64,000 nucleotides of DNA from an uncultured Nitrospiraceae bacterium (GTDB lineage Bacteria > Nitrospirota > Nitrospiria > Nitrospirales > Nitrospiraceae), in the NCBI GenBank assembly GCA_963846575.1, contig CAWJWJ010000001.1, positions 1,120,001-1,184,000 of the forward strand. The letters run 5' to 3'. The position numbers and the translations under genes are program-made. Of this stretch, positions 8,390 through 19,619 are shown piece by piece (position 1 is the first letter of the stretch; each line of letters opens with the position of its first letter). The notes beneath the pieces were generated by a model. It saw only the letters and a list, made by a program, of their open reading frames with translations. It was not told where the DNA came from and searched no databases.

Positions 8390-10503
8390 CAGTGGCTCGC
8401 CCCGCTCTTGCTGGATGAGCCTGTGAGGTTGGCAATCATATCCTTCAGATTGCCGGTCTTCATCGCATCGGCCATGTAGCCCTTCGCCTGTTCGATCCCC
8501 TCGGTCGCCACTTCCAAGGTGATGACGGTCGTGCTGATCTTGTCGGCATGTTTCTCAATCAACGCCTTGGTGCATTCCCGCATGAACCCTTCCGGTGCAC
8601 GGTCCAACCGGGCCTGTGCATCAGGTGTCCAGGTGTACGGAGACGATGGCGCTTCAGCAGCCGGCGCCGCTTCGGAGCCGTTCCCGTTCAGAGCAGGGGC
8701 TGCCGCTGCCTCATTGGCTTCATCCATCTCGGCTGAAGGCTGGGCTACGGTGCCGGGAGTCTTGTTGGCAAAAATCGGCGTGTAGTCTTCGGAAGCCGCT
8801 TCCTTGATCATGGGGCCGGCATATTCCAGCGTGATCGTCGTCATGCCGAGCTTGCGGGCGCTCTTTTCGATTTTGGCCTTGGCCCGCCGCCGCTGGAATC
8901 CGGCCGGGACGGCGCGGATGGCTTCCTTGGCGTCCTTGGTCCACTGCATCGGAACGTCGTCGTAGGCCAAGTCGGTCTCGAGACCTCCCTCGGTCTTCGC
9001 GGCTGCTTCGAAAATCGTCTTGTCGACCTGCTTGAACCGGTTGCCCTCGGCGCTGCAGACCGGACATTTTACCGGCGTGTCGCCCTTTCCAATGTATCCG
9101 CAACCGTCGCAGACAAAATAGTTCTGGCTCATGCGATCCAGGTAGGCCTGGGTGCCGGGGCTGTTGACCGGTTTTTCCTCGACGACCTGGCTCATCATGT
9201 TGCTGAGGGTGGACCCCATCAGGTCCTGAGCCACGCTTTCATCGGCTTGCATCTTGTCGCGATCGATCCCAGCGGCATCCAGATTCCCGCCCAGGGCCCG
9301 CATCGCATCCATTGCCCCCTTCGGGAGAATGTGGCCGACGGCGGCGTCGACGACGGTGTTGCTGATGATGGTGTGCCCCTTCTCGATGGCATAGCGGTGG
9401 ATGGCTGTTTTGGCCACGCCACGCGCGAAGATCGGAATCCGTTCCATGCGGCGCAGGGCCTCTTCGGTCCAGGCGATCGTGTACTCCGCCTGCGTATCGA
9501 TCGGCGGCACGTACTTGCGATTCGACACGAGAATGTTGCACGAAGCTGCCCGCAGGAGGTTTTCCGTGTTGCTGCCGATGTCCATATCCTCGTCGCTGTG
9601 CACGCCGATCCGTCCGACGATGAGCAGCCAGGGGTTTTCTTTCCGCACGTATTGAATGATTTTTTCGAAGGCTTTTCCGTCCAGCAGGGTCGTTTTCACG
9701 TCCGTCTGTTCGGCCTGGGCGATTTCCCGTGAAATATCCAGGTGGGATTGATAGATCTTGGCCAGTCCGCTATCGATGACTTCCTCGTGCAGTTTTTCCT
9801 GCTCCTTGAAACGGAACACTTTGCCGGCTTCCTCGTTAAGGACGCCGGAAATGCTATGAAACGCCGCATAGTGGAAGTAGGGATCAAAGGCCGAGATCGC
9901 CTCCACCGGCACATTAAAGGCCTTGCCGAGCGCCAGACCCGTCATGAGTCCGCCGAACGAGTAGGGGCTGCCGTCCACCGCGACGACGATCTTGCCGGTA
10001 CCCACGGGGGTCGGTTGCTTGATGATCAGCATGTCGGAGTTGCGCACACGGCGGAGCACCCGTTCCGTATTGCTGCCGATCACGCTGTCTTTGACCGCGC
10101 CGACACCCAAGGCCCCCATAATCACGAGATCGTAGGCGTTGGTATTGATGTCCTCAGCCAGCACCTTCCAGTTGCGGCCTTCCAGGGAACGGCGCTCAAT
10201 GGGAAGGTTCGCCTCGGTGCATTTTTTATCGACGTAGTCGAGGTAGGAGTCGGTGATGATCTGCAGCCCGCGGGTGATCAGCGAATCGTGAATCTGACGC
10301 TGCCGGTCGAGTTCCTTCTCGTCGTGATATTCCTCGGGAAGGCCGGCTTCCATCTGCTTAAACCGTTTATCGTGCATCTTGGCGGCATAGACGTGGCTGC
10401 CAACGATTTTGGACCCATAGGTTTTTGCCAGCTCCACGCCGACATCGACTGCTGTATTGGAATGGTCGGAGTTATCGACCGGGATATAGATGGTCTTGTA
10501 CAT
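8389..10503 (-). CDS. Tandem universal stress protein with rubredoxin-like and three PCP_red-like domains
   Basis: Two USP domains (IYIPVDNS..IGSNTERV; IVVAVDGS..IGSNTENL), CDGC..CPVC, three W(T)xxA..P..F repeats. Confidence 0.8.
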   Translation of the reverse strand: MYKTIYIPVDNSDHSNTAVDVGVELAKTYGSKIVGSHVYAAKMHDKRFKQMEAGLPEEYHDEKELDRQRQIHDSLITRGLQIITDSYLDYVDKKCTEANLPIERRSLEGRNWKVLAEDINTNAYDLVIMGALGVGAVKDSVIGSNTERVLRRVRNSDMLIIKQPTPVGTGKIVVAVDGSPYSFGGLMTGLALGKAFNVPVEAISAFDPYFHYAAFHSISGVLNEEAGKVFRFKEQEKLHEEVIDSGLAKIYQSHLDISREIAQAEQTDVKTTLLDGKAFEKIIQYVRKENPWLLIVGRIGVHSDEDMDIGSNTENLLRAASCNILVSNRKYVPPIDTQAEYTIAWTEEALRRMERIPIFARGVAKTAIHRYAIEKGHTIISNTVVDAAVGHILPKGAMDAMRALGGNLDAAGIDRDKMQADESVAQDLMGSTLSNMMSQVVEEKPVNSPGTQAYLDRMSQNYFVCDGCGYIGKGDTPVKCPVCSAEGNRFKQVDKTIFEAAAKTEGGLETDLAYDDVPMQWTKDAKEAIRAVPAGFQRRRAKAKIEKSARKLGMTTITLEYAGPMIKEAASEDYTPIFANKTPGTVAQPSAEMDEANEAAAAPALNGNGSEAAPAAEAPSSPYTWTPDAQARLDRAPEGFMRECTKALIEKHADKISTTVITLEVATEGIEQAKGYMADAMKTGNLKDMIANLTGSSSKSGASH

Positions 10504-10601
10504 CGAAACGCCTCCTAGGCAAACACTCTATAGGGGGATGAGATCAGAGAACCGCCAGGAAATCAAACGGTTGAATGGGACTTTACCCCAAAAGAAACGG
10601 C

Positions 10602-10631
10602 ATGATAGCACCGTGCTCTCAGCGAATGCAA
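10602..10631 (-). promoter_or_regulatory. Putative sigma70 promoter for USP-rSAM-CopD operon
   Basis: TTGCAT - 18 bp - TATCAT with extended TG, about 100 nt upstream of the 10503 ATG, which has an AGGAGG RBS. Confidence 0.5.
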
Positions 10632-10668
10632 GCAAACCGGGCCTGGAGCAAGGGGCTGTGATTATCGT

Positions 10669-12312
10669 CTAACTCATTGGACTCACAGCAGTCTTTTCAG
10701 TGGTGGCGGCCGGAGGGTGAGCGGGGCGGCGCGAGCGGATGATGTCCTCTAAATTCAGCAGCGCTTCCCGTCCGGAATTGTTTTCGATGCCCCGGATGAG
10801 ATTCGCGTCGGCATAGTGGGCCGTATCCGGCCGCGATTCCGGCGCGGTGGTTTGCGACAGTGATCCCGACCAGGCCCGCGGGTCACGGCTGCCTTGTTTC
10901 TGTTCCCAGGCCGCGAGGCAGGCTTTCGCGATGATTTTGTTGAGCGGCGCAGGGTTATAGAGCAGCTTGCGAATGCTGGTCGGAGTCAGCATGAGTGGAT
11001 TGTACCCCGCCGAGAGGTAGCCCTCCTCCAGCAGCCGGTGTTCGAGGTCGGTGTTGGGTTGGATGCCGAGGAAGAACATCAGGGGGAAGACTCGCTCTTC
11101 TCCGAGAATCGAAGCCACCTTCTTATAGGACTCCACGCTCTGGAGCAGGCTCTCCTCCGTCTCCTTCGGGGAGTTCAGCGAATAATTGAGGATCACCTTG
11201 CCTTTGAAACCGGCCTCAGCCAGATAGCGGCACCCGTCATACAACCGTTCCAGCTTGAAGCCCATGTGCAGGTTGTTCAGGACCTCCTGCGACCCCGAGG
11301 TGATGGCGACTTCCAGGTCACCGACTCCCGAACGTACCATCAATTTGGCGAGTTCCGGCGTGATCAACGAGGTCCGGATGTAGCCGGACCATTCAATCTC
11401 CAGCTTCTCGCTCAAAATACGTTCCAGTATCTCCGTGCACTGGGGGTAGGCTTCCTTGCCCGTAATGAACTGGGCATCCGTAAACCAGAACCGGCGGGCG
11501 CCCCACTGGTGATAGTGTTGGGAGATGTCCCGTACGACCATGTCCGGCGGGCGATACCTCACGCGCTTCCCTTCTATATAGGGGTAGAGGCAGAAGGCGC
11601 AGTCATAAGGACAGCCGCGTTTGGTTTGCACGCCGATGGATTCGTCCATGTAGGCGCCATGTTGCGGAAAAATAGAGGTGAGATAGGGCAGGTCGACGGT
11701 TAACGCGTCGAGCAGCGCCGGCGAACCCTGGTTGCCCTTGCGGGTCTGTTTTCCTTCGCGGATGATGTAGCGCTCGTTGGCGAGTGATTCACCATTGATG
11801 ACTTTGAGGATCGCATCTTCGCCCTCGCCCAGAATGCCGATGGTGCCTTCGGGGAGTTTTTCGATCAACTGATCGGCGAACGCCGTAAACGCCCCGCCGC
11901 CGATCATGATCTGGCTCTTGGGGAATTCCTTGCGGATCAGCCAGGGATAGGAGAGGTTCGCGCGGATGTGACTGTAGTATCGATACAATTGTTTGAGGCC
12001 CGCGAACGAGGCCATCACCCGCTTGACCGGATTTCCGGCAAAATAGAAGTTGAATGCATGCTCCAGTGAGGCATCGCCTTCATGCGGAGAAAAAATCTGG
12101 ATGTCCCGCCACGAAAAGCAGACCAGATCCGGTTTGAAGTCGAGGGCTGCATCCCGGATCGCCTGGCTGCGCTGCCCCTCGGGAAATAGGGACAGGTCCA
12201 GAATCCGCTGCCGCACCTCCGGCTTCCGGCGATGGATGAAGTCGGCCAGATAGGTCACCCCGATGGGATAGACCTTCTTGCAGGGGAGAAAGATGTACAG
12301 AATGGAATTCAT
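10669..12312 (-). CDS. B12-binding radical SAM protein (cyanobacterial Slr0320-like)
   Basis: N-terminal cobalamin-binding-like domain (YPIGVTYLAD, IGGGAF, GEGE), RGCPYDCAFC. Confidence 0.8.
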   Translation of the reverse strand: MNSILYIFLPCKKVYPIGVTYLADFIHRRKPEVRQRILDLSLFPEGQRSQAIRDAALDFKPDLVCFSWRDIQIFSPHEGDASLEHAFNFYFAGNPVKRVMASFAGLKQLYRYYSHIRANLSYPWLIRKEFPKSQIMIGGGAFTAFADQLIEKLPEGTIGILGEGEDAILKVINGESLANERYIIREGKQTRKGNQGSPALLDALTVDLPYLTSIFPQHGAYMDESIGVQTKRGCPYDCAFCLYPYIEGKRVRYRPPDMVVRDISQHYHQWGARRFWFTDAQFITGKEAYPQCTEILERILSEKLEIEWSGYIRTSLITPELAKLMVRSGVGDLEVAITSGSQEVLNNLHMGFKLERLYDGCRYLAEAGFKGKVILNYSLNSPKETEESLLQSVESYKKVASILGEERVFPLMFFLGIQPNTDLEHRLLEEGYLSAGYNPLMLTPTSIRKLLYNPAPLNKIIAKACLAAWEQKQGSRDPRAWSGSLSQTTAPESRPDTAHYADANLIRGIENNSGREALLNLEDIIRSRRPAHPPAATTEKTAVSPMS

Positions 12313-12320
12313 GAATCTTG

Positions 12321-13097
12321 TTACTTCGTGGCCATGTGGATGGCGACAATGCCGCCGCTGAGGTTCCTATACGAGACCTCGCGGAATCCGGCTTCACGCA
12401 GCAGCGTCGCCAGGCGTTCCTGGTCGGGGAACGTGCGGATGGAGGCAGGAAGGTATTCGTAGACCCCCGTTCGATCGCGGGCCACCTTCGTCCCGATCCA
12501 GGGAAGCAGGCGGAAGGAATACCAATCGTAGAGTCCCCGCAGCCAGCGATAGGCCGGCCGTGAAAATTCCAGGCACACGAAGCGCCCGCCCGGACGCAAT
12601 ACCCGTCTGATTTCCGTAATGGCCTGCGAGAGATTGCCCACGTTGCGCATGCAGAAGCCTGTCGTCACGGCATGGAAGGTATCGTCGGGGAATCCCAATT
12701 GCTCCGCATTGGCCTGCAAGCAGGTAATGCGCTCGCGGAGTCCCCGGCCGGCGACCTTGCGTAACCCTTCCGCCAGCATGGCATGGTTGAGATCAGACGC
12801 CACGACATGACCATGCCGGCCCATCTTGGGTTCTATCAACAGGGCGAGGTCTGCCGTGCCGGCTCCGATGTCGAGGGCCCGCCCGTTCGTCACGGCGGGA
12901 ACATAGGAGGCGGTGAGCCGTTTCCAGCGGTGGTGAAGGCCGAAACTCAGCAGCGTGTTGTTGAGATCGTAGACTCGGGCGATCGCCGTGAACATCCGTT
13001 GGACCGCCTGCTCGCGGGCCTGCCCCGACCAGGTCGAAACGGCCTGCGCCGGCCCATCGGCATGTTCGGCGACTGAGGACTTCTCCACTCGTACCAT
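12321..13097 (-). CDS. ubiE: UbiE/MenG/COQ5-family quinone C-methyltransferase
   Basis: MFTAIARVYDLNNTLLSFGLHHRWK, LDIGAGTAD, LRPGGRFVCLEFS, YEYLPASIRTFP; start moved to ATG 13097. Confidence 0.85.
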   Translation of the reverse strand: MVRVEKSSVAEHADGPAQAVSTWSGQAREQAVQRMFTAIARVYDLNNTLLSFGLHHRWKRLTASYVPAVTNGRALDIGAGTADLALLIEPKMGRHGHVVASDLNHAMLAEGLRKVAGRGLRERITCLQANAEQLGFPDDTFHAVTTGFCMRNVGNLSQAITEIRRVLRPGGRFVCLEFSRPAYRWLRGLYDWYSFRLLPWIGTKVARDRTGVYEYLPASIRTFPDQERLATLLREAGFREVSYRNLSGGIVAIHMATK

Positions 13098-13459
13098 TCG
13101 AGCGTGGTAGCACCCGCTTTTGACCTTTGTCAAGATCGCCAGGGCGCCAGCCGAGCCTGATGGTGCATCGATGGAGTCAGAACAGTGACCGGAACCGATC
13201 GGCGGGGCAGGTCTCGGCCTTCTGCTGTGGATTTCTCCGCCTCCACGACGTGCGGACGGATGAACGAGAGCACTGGTGCCGACCGTGAAGAGAACACCTG
13301 CGGCGCCAGGTCGGGCTCGGTCTCATTGCGAGGACCGGCTGAGCGCAGTCCCTCTGCTTCAGGTGTCTCATGCCCTCCGCCGTCACCTCACGTGCCCAGG
13401 GACTTCCGCCGGTGCGGTAGCCGTCGTCGGATGACCGGTCCGTGGTGTGACATCCGGCA

Positions 13460-13468
13460 TGGTATAAT
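13460..13468 (+). promoter_or_regulatory. Extended -10 promoter element of uvrA
   Basis: TGgTATAAT ending 9 nt before the ATG; no SD. Confidence 0.55.
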
Positions 13469-13477
13469 CCGCGGCTT

Positions 13478-15985
<2,508 letters not shown>

Positions 15986-16350
15986 GTGGGCGGGACGGCC
16001 CTCCTCGCGTGCGGAACGCCCACCAGAAACCGGTCCCGTTGGTTTCAGGTGCGCCGGAGTGTAACGAATTGACGACCGCGATCTGCTTTCAGCCTACGTA
16101 ACGCAATTCTTGTCTCGTCTCCGCATGCATCTTCCTTCTTTACCCTCTCGTTGATCCGTCTCCGTTAAACCAGGCTTTTGCCGCGGCCTTCCAGGGTAAT
16201 CCCCAGTACGTAGCCAACTTATGGAGCGTATGCTTCAAGAAGCAGGTTAGCCCGTATCTGTAACAGCAATGAGTTCACTGTCATGGGCCTTCATGATGTA
16301 GGCCATGTAGGCCGGATTTCACCTTTGGAAGAAGGTTAGAGGAGGGTTTT

Positions 16351-16773
16351 ATGAATGTTTCAACACAACGTCGCGGAATCGGTCTCTGTCTGATGGCGCT
16401 CAGCCTGGTCGTCGCCGGCTGCAACACCACCAAAGCCACGGTCGACACCACGGTCAACTTCTTCTCCAGCACCACTCCCAACGATTTGTTTTCAGCCGAT
16501 GGGATGGTGCTGAAAGAGCAGAAGATCAATTTGTTTGCCGGGGTGACCTATGAAAACCTGCGGCAGGAGGCCGCTGCGGGCGGGGGCCAATATGTGAGCG
16601 CCCTGGCTTCGCTGTATGAAATTCCGGCCGATAAACACAATGATTTCGGGCTGGTGCTTCAACGCAAACATGCCGACCTGTTCACGGCTGGCCTGGCAGA
16701 GGACAACAAGGCCCACCTGAAGATGGTCAGCACGCTGAATCGGGAACTGGTGGCGGCGTCGTTGCTGCCATAA
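16351..16773 (+). CDS. DUF3015-like lipoprotein
   Basis: Lipobox VVAGC, ENLRQEAAAGGGQYVSALA motif, strong AGGAGG RBS. Confidence 0.65.
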   Translation: MNVSTQRRGIGLCLMALSLVVAGCNTTKATVDTTVNFFSSTTPNDLFSADGMVLKEQKINLFAGVTYENLRQEAAAGGGQYVSALASLYEIPADKHNDFGLVLQRKHADLFTAGLAEDNKAHLKMVSTLNRELVAASLLP

Positions 16774-16803
16774 GCCACAGACTCAGAGGAGGCAGACTTG
16801 GGA

Positions 16804-16890
16804 ATGATGGGGAAAGGCTTCATCTTGTGGTGGCTGGGAGTCCCGGCAAGCCTTCTGATGCTGTTGTGGTTTTTGGGAATATTGAAATAA
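16804..16890 (+). CDS. Small 28-aa single-TM membrane protein (below ORF-track cutoff)
   Basis: MMGKGFILWWLGVPASLLMLLWFLGILK*, GAGGAGG at 16786-16792; in-frame TTG at 16798 is an alternative start. Confidence 0.7.
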   Translation: MMGKGFILWWLGVPASLLMLLWFLGILK

Positions 16891-16923
16891 CAGTCGACCA
16901 TCGACGCATCTGACGGATGCGAG

Positions 16924-17331
16924 ATGATGATGAATTTGGGAGGAACTATGGCCTTACGATCAATGTTTTTGATGGCTGCGGCTCTGACGATGGCCGGGTT
17001 GCCGGCCTACGCCGCTGATATGGAAATGCATGTCGTCGATAAGAACTGTTTCATCGAGATTTTTGAGGACGACGACTACGATCAGGACGATCCGCATGTC
17101 GTCCTGCAAGGACCGAAGGAATACGCCACCCTCAAGAACCTGGCGGGGAAAGATTGGAGTAATGACATCGAAAGCGTCATCGTCGGCTCCAACGCCACTG
17201 TCCGCGCCTATGAAGATAAAGACTTCAAAGGCACCGAGGTTGCGTTTGCTCCAGGGCAACGGGTACCCAACCTCGGCAAGCTGGATATGGCGAACGATAT
17301 CGAATCGATGAAAATCAGCTGCGGGAAGTAA
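16924..17331 (+). CDS. Secreted beta/gamma-crystallin domain protein
   Basis: Signal peptide, two Greek-key-like repeats IFEDDDY..NDIESV and AYEDKDF..NDIESM; true start may be 16948. Confidence 0.8.
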   Translation: MMMNLGGTMALRSMFLMAAALTMAGLPAYAADMEMHVVDKNCFIEIFEDDDYDQDDPHVVLQGPKEYATLKNLAGKDWSNDIESVIVGSNATVRAYEDKDFKGTEVAFAPGQRVPNLGKLDMANDIESMKISCGK

Positions 17332-17351
17332 TCCCCTGTCTGCCGAACCAT

Positions 17352-17382
17352 GCCTTGCCGGTCCCTCATGGACCGGCAAGGC
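17352..17382. terminator. Perfect 13-bp hairpin between convergent genes, probable bidirectional terminator
   Basis: GCCTTGCCGGTCC-CTCAT-GGACCGGCAAGGC; no strong U-tract. Confidence 0.6.
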
Positions 17383-17391
17383 GTCGTGTCT

Positions 17392-18351
17392 TCACGAGAT
17401 CCATCGATCATAGATGTACAGCACATCGAAGGTGATTCGGGCGCCGAAGGTCGGGCCATAGTCCTTCTGGTTGATGAGATCGTTCCACGTCTCGAAGGTG
17501 ACGGCTGAATAACGGAACGCGAGCGAGACGAATCGTTCTTCCAGCGAGTCTCCACGATGATCGACGAACAGGCCTGAATCGAAGGTTACGGCCACCTCGA
17601 TTTCCCACGGCGTGCGATCCTCCCAACAGCGGTAGTTGCCCAGACCGACCGAAGCCTGACCCAGATAGTATTGCGGAGCGACCTGGCGGAAGGCGGCTCC
17701 GCTATAGGGGCGGCCATATCGTCCCAGGGCTGACAGTCGCAGGTAATCCCGGATCCATGGCACCGAGTCCATGACCGCCAGCCGTCGAAATCCAGCCTGC
17801 AGATAGGGCTCGTAATACAACGACCCTCCGGCCCCGCCGATGCCGGCGAAGAAGGCGTCCTGTGGCCCAAGCAGGCGGAACCATCGGGTCAGACTCCCGC
17901 TCAACATAAAATCGTTGGCCTCCCGTTTGTTGCCGATCGGGACTGGCGTGAAGCCTCGTAATTTATGCACGACATCGTTTTGCAGGAACCGGCTGGGGCC
18001 GTCTCGCGTGGGGCCGCCCCCTGCCGTGACATTGAGATTCCAGCCGGGAAATTCGTCGAGCGGGTGGGTCGCGCTCACGGTGAAGAAGTTCAACCCCATC
18101 GTTTCCCGGATGTCATTGTAACGGTTGCCCGCCCCGTCGAACTCCGTGAAGCGGTCCACCACCGTTGCGCTGAACGTGAGCGTCCGTTCACGGTCCGGGT
18201 AGGCGATCGAACCCCAATGCACGCTCTGGGCCGGAGGTTCCGCCCATGCGCTGTGGACGACTCCGAAGAGCACTCCGCACAACAACAGCAGCCCGCAAAC
18301 AAACGCACCGACCATGGCACGCATGCTGCCTGCGTCGATGAGAATTCGCAA
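17392..18351 (-). CDS. Exported probable outer-membrane beta-barrel protein, possibly LpxR-like; start uncertain
   Basis: Signal peptide ending SAWA, alternating beta strands, GGGP..FLQNDVVH reminiscent of the LpxR Q..H motif. Confidence 0.45.
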   Translation of the reverse strand: MRILIDAGSMRAMVGAFVCGLLLLCGVLFGVVHSAWAEPPAQSVHWGSIAYPDRERTLTFSATVVDRFTEFDGAGNRYNDIRETMGLNFFTVSATHPLDEFPGWNLNVTAGGGPTRDGPSRFLQNDVVHKLRGFTPVPIGNKREANDFMLSGSLTRWFRLLGPQDAFFAGIGGAGGSLYYEPYLQAGFRRLAVMDSVPWIRDYLRLSALGRYGRPYSGAAFRQVAPQYYLGQASVGLGNYRCWEDRTPWEIEVAVTFDSGLFVDHRGDSLEERFVSLAFRYSAVTFETWNDLINQKDYGPTFGARITFDVLYIYDRWIS

Positions 18352-18638
18352 TCAGTTTCGCATGGACGGTGACTGGAGCGCTGGCGGCAGGAAGCATGCT
18401 GGCATCTGTCATCGGATCCCGAGAAAGATTGCCAAGGCGAGGGTGGAATTCATGGACGGACGAGGGGTGCTGCCTGGAGGCCTCCGACCATGGGGCGGTA
18501 GTCCCTGTGAAGGGCCGGTAGCCGGGGCGCAACAGCCACACGTTTCGCGGGAGGTCATGCCACATCGACGCAGGTCGAAACCTGCGTCAGGAGGGGGCGC
18601 GCCAAAGGCAGTCGCAGAGTGAGAGCGTGACTCCGCTG

Positions 18639-19331
18639 CTAGGTGCTTTCGGTTGAGAGTGACGCGATAAACGAATCGGCTTCTTTAATGGACGCGTTCA
18701 GTTCCTTGATCAGCGCGGCGATATTGTTTTCCACCGAACTCAATTCACCCTTTAATGAGGCGATGGTTTGTGCGTTCAGGTTATGTTTCAGAAAGAGCAC
18801 CTGGTCTTTGAACTTCGTCAATACCGGGTCCATTTTGGCTTCCGCCCGTTTCATGGCCTTGATCAATTGGGCATATTGGGAGCGGGTCTGCGTGAGCTGG
18901 GTTTGACTTTTCTTGCGCAGGGAAGAGCTGGAATACTCCTTCAGTTCCCCTTCCCATTCGTCAAACAGGGCTTCCGAGACATTCTCCACCGAGGCGACGC
19001 GATCCCGGACCGCTTGCGCCTTGGCCTGGCTCCGTTCGTATTCGCTGTTGAGCACATCGTATTTTTCCTGTAACTCCCCGCCTTGAATATTCAGGGTTTT
19101 GGTGAAACGCTCCAGGGCCGATGAAAACTGTTCCTTGGCATCCTGCTGGGCGTCACGGGCCTTCTTCACATCGCTTACCATCAGGTCGCGTTTGTGGTAG
19201 CCCAGCTTTTCCATCGTTTCATAATAGGCCGTTTGGCATCCCACGCCGGCGAGACTGAGCATCACGATCGCACCGGTCAGGAAAGAGCGAAATGGGCGGG
19301 AATACTGTTGAGAATCTTGAACGTTGGTCAT
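18639..19331 (-). CDS. DUF2959-family coiled-coil lipoprotein
   Basis: Lipobox GVGC, YYETMEKLGYHKRD, FKDQVLFLKHNLNA. Confidence 0.85.
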   Translation of the reverse strand: MTNVQDSQQYSRPFRSFLTGAIVMLSLAGVGCQTAYYETMEKLGYHKRDLMVSDVKKARDAQQDAKEQFSSALERFTKTLNIQGGELQEKYDVLNSEYERSQAKAQAVRDRVASVENVSEALFDEWEGELKEYSSSSLRKKSQTQLTQTRSQYAQLIKAMKRAEAKMDPVLTKFKDQVLFLKHNLNAQTIASLKGELSSVENNIAALIKELNASIKEADSFIASLSTEST

Positions 19332-19619
19332 GGCATCCTTCCGTGGATAAATGATATCGCTGGCTGAACCGTTGAGGGACTGGTCCTACCCGCTTCCTAG
19401 ACAGCGCCTGATTCAGGTGGCCTGTCATTATCGCCGATACGGGATCCGATAGGGGGAAGTTGTCCCCCTCATCATCACATTTGCCGGACGGCCGGGCAGG
19501 ACAGGTGTTCAACCCCTGTGTTTTCTCCCATCCGCCGTCGCGAGCGGAGGACCGGCAACCGACAAGCGCCACTGGTATGCCGGAACAGACGGCCGGTTTT
19601 CGGAGGCTCGCGGGCCGGT

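Noticed and set aside
16296..16313. Tandem ATGTAGGCC x2 upstream of the DUF3015-like gene
   Set aside because: Two copies only; cannot be distinguished from chance or slippage
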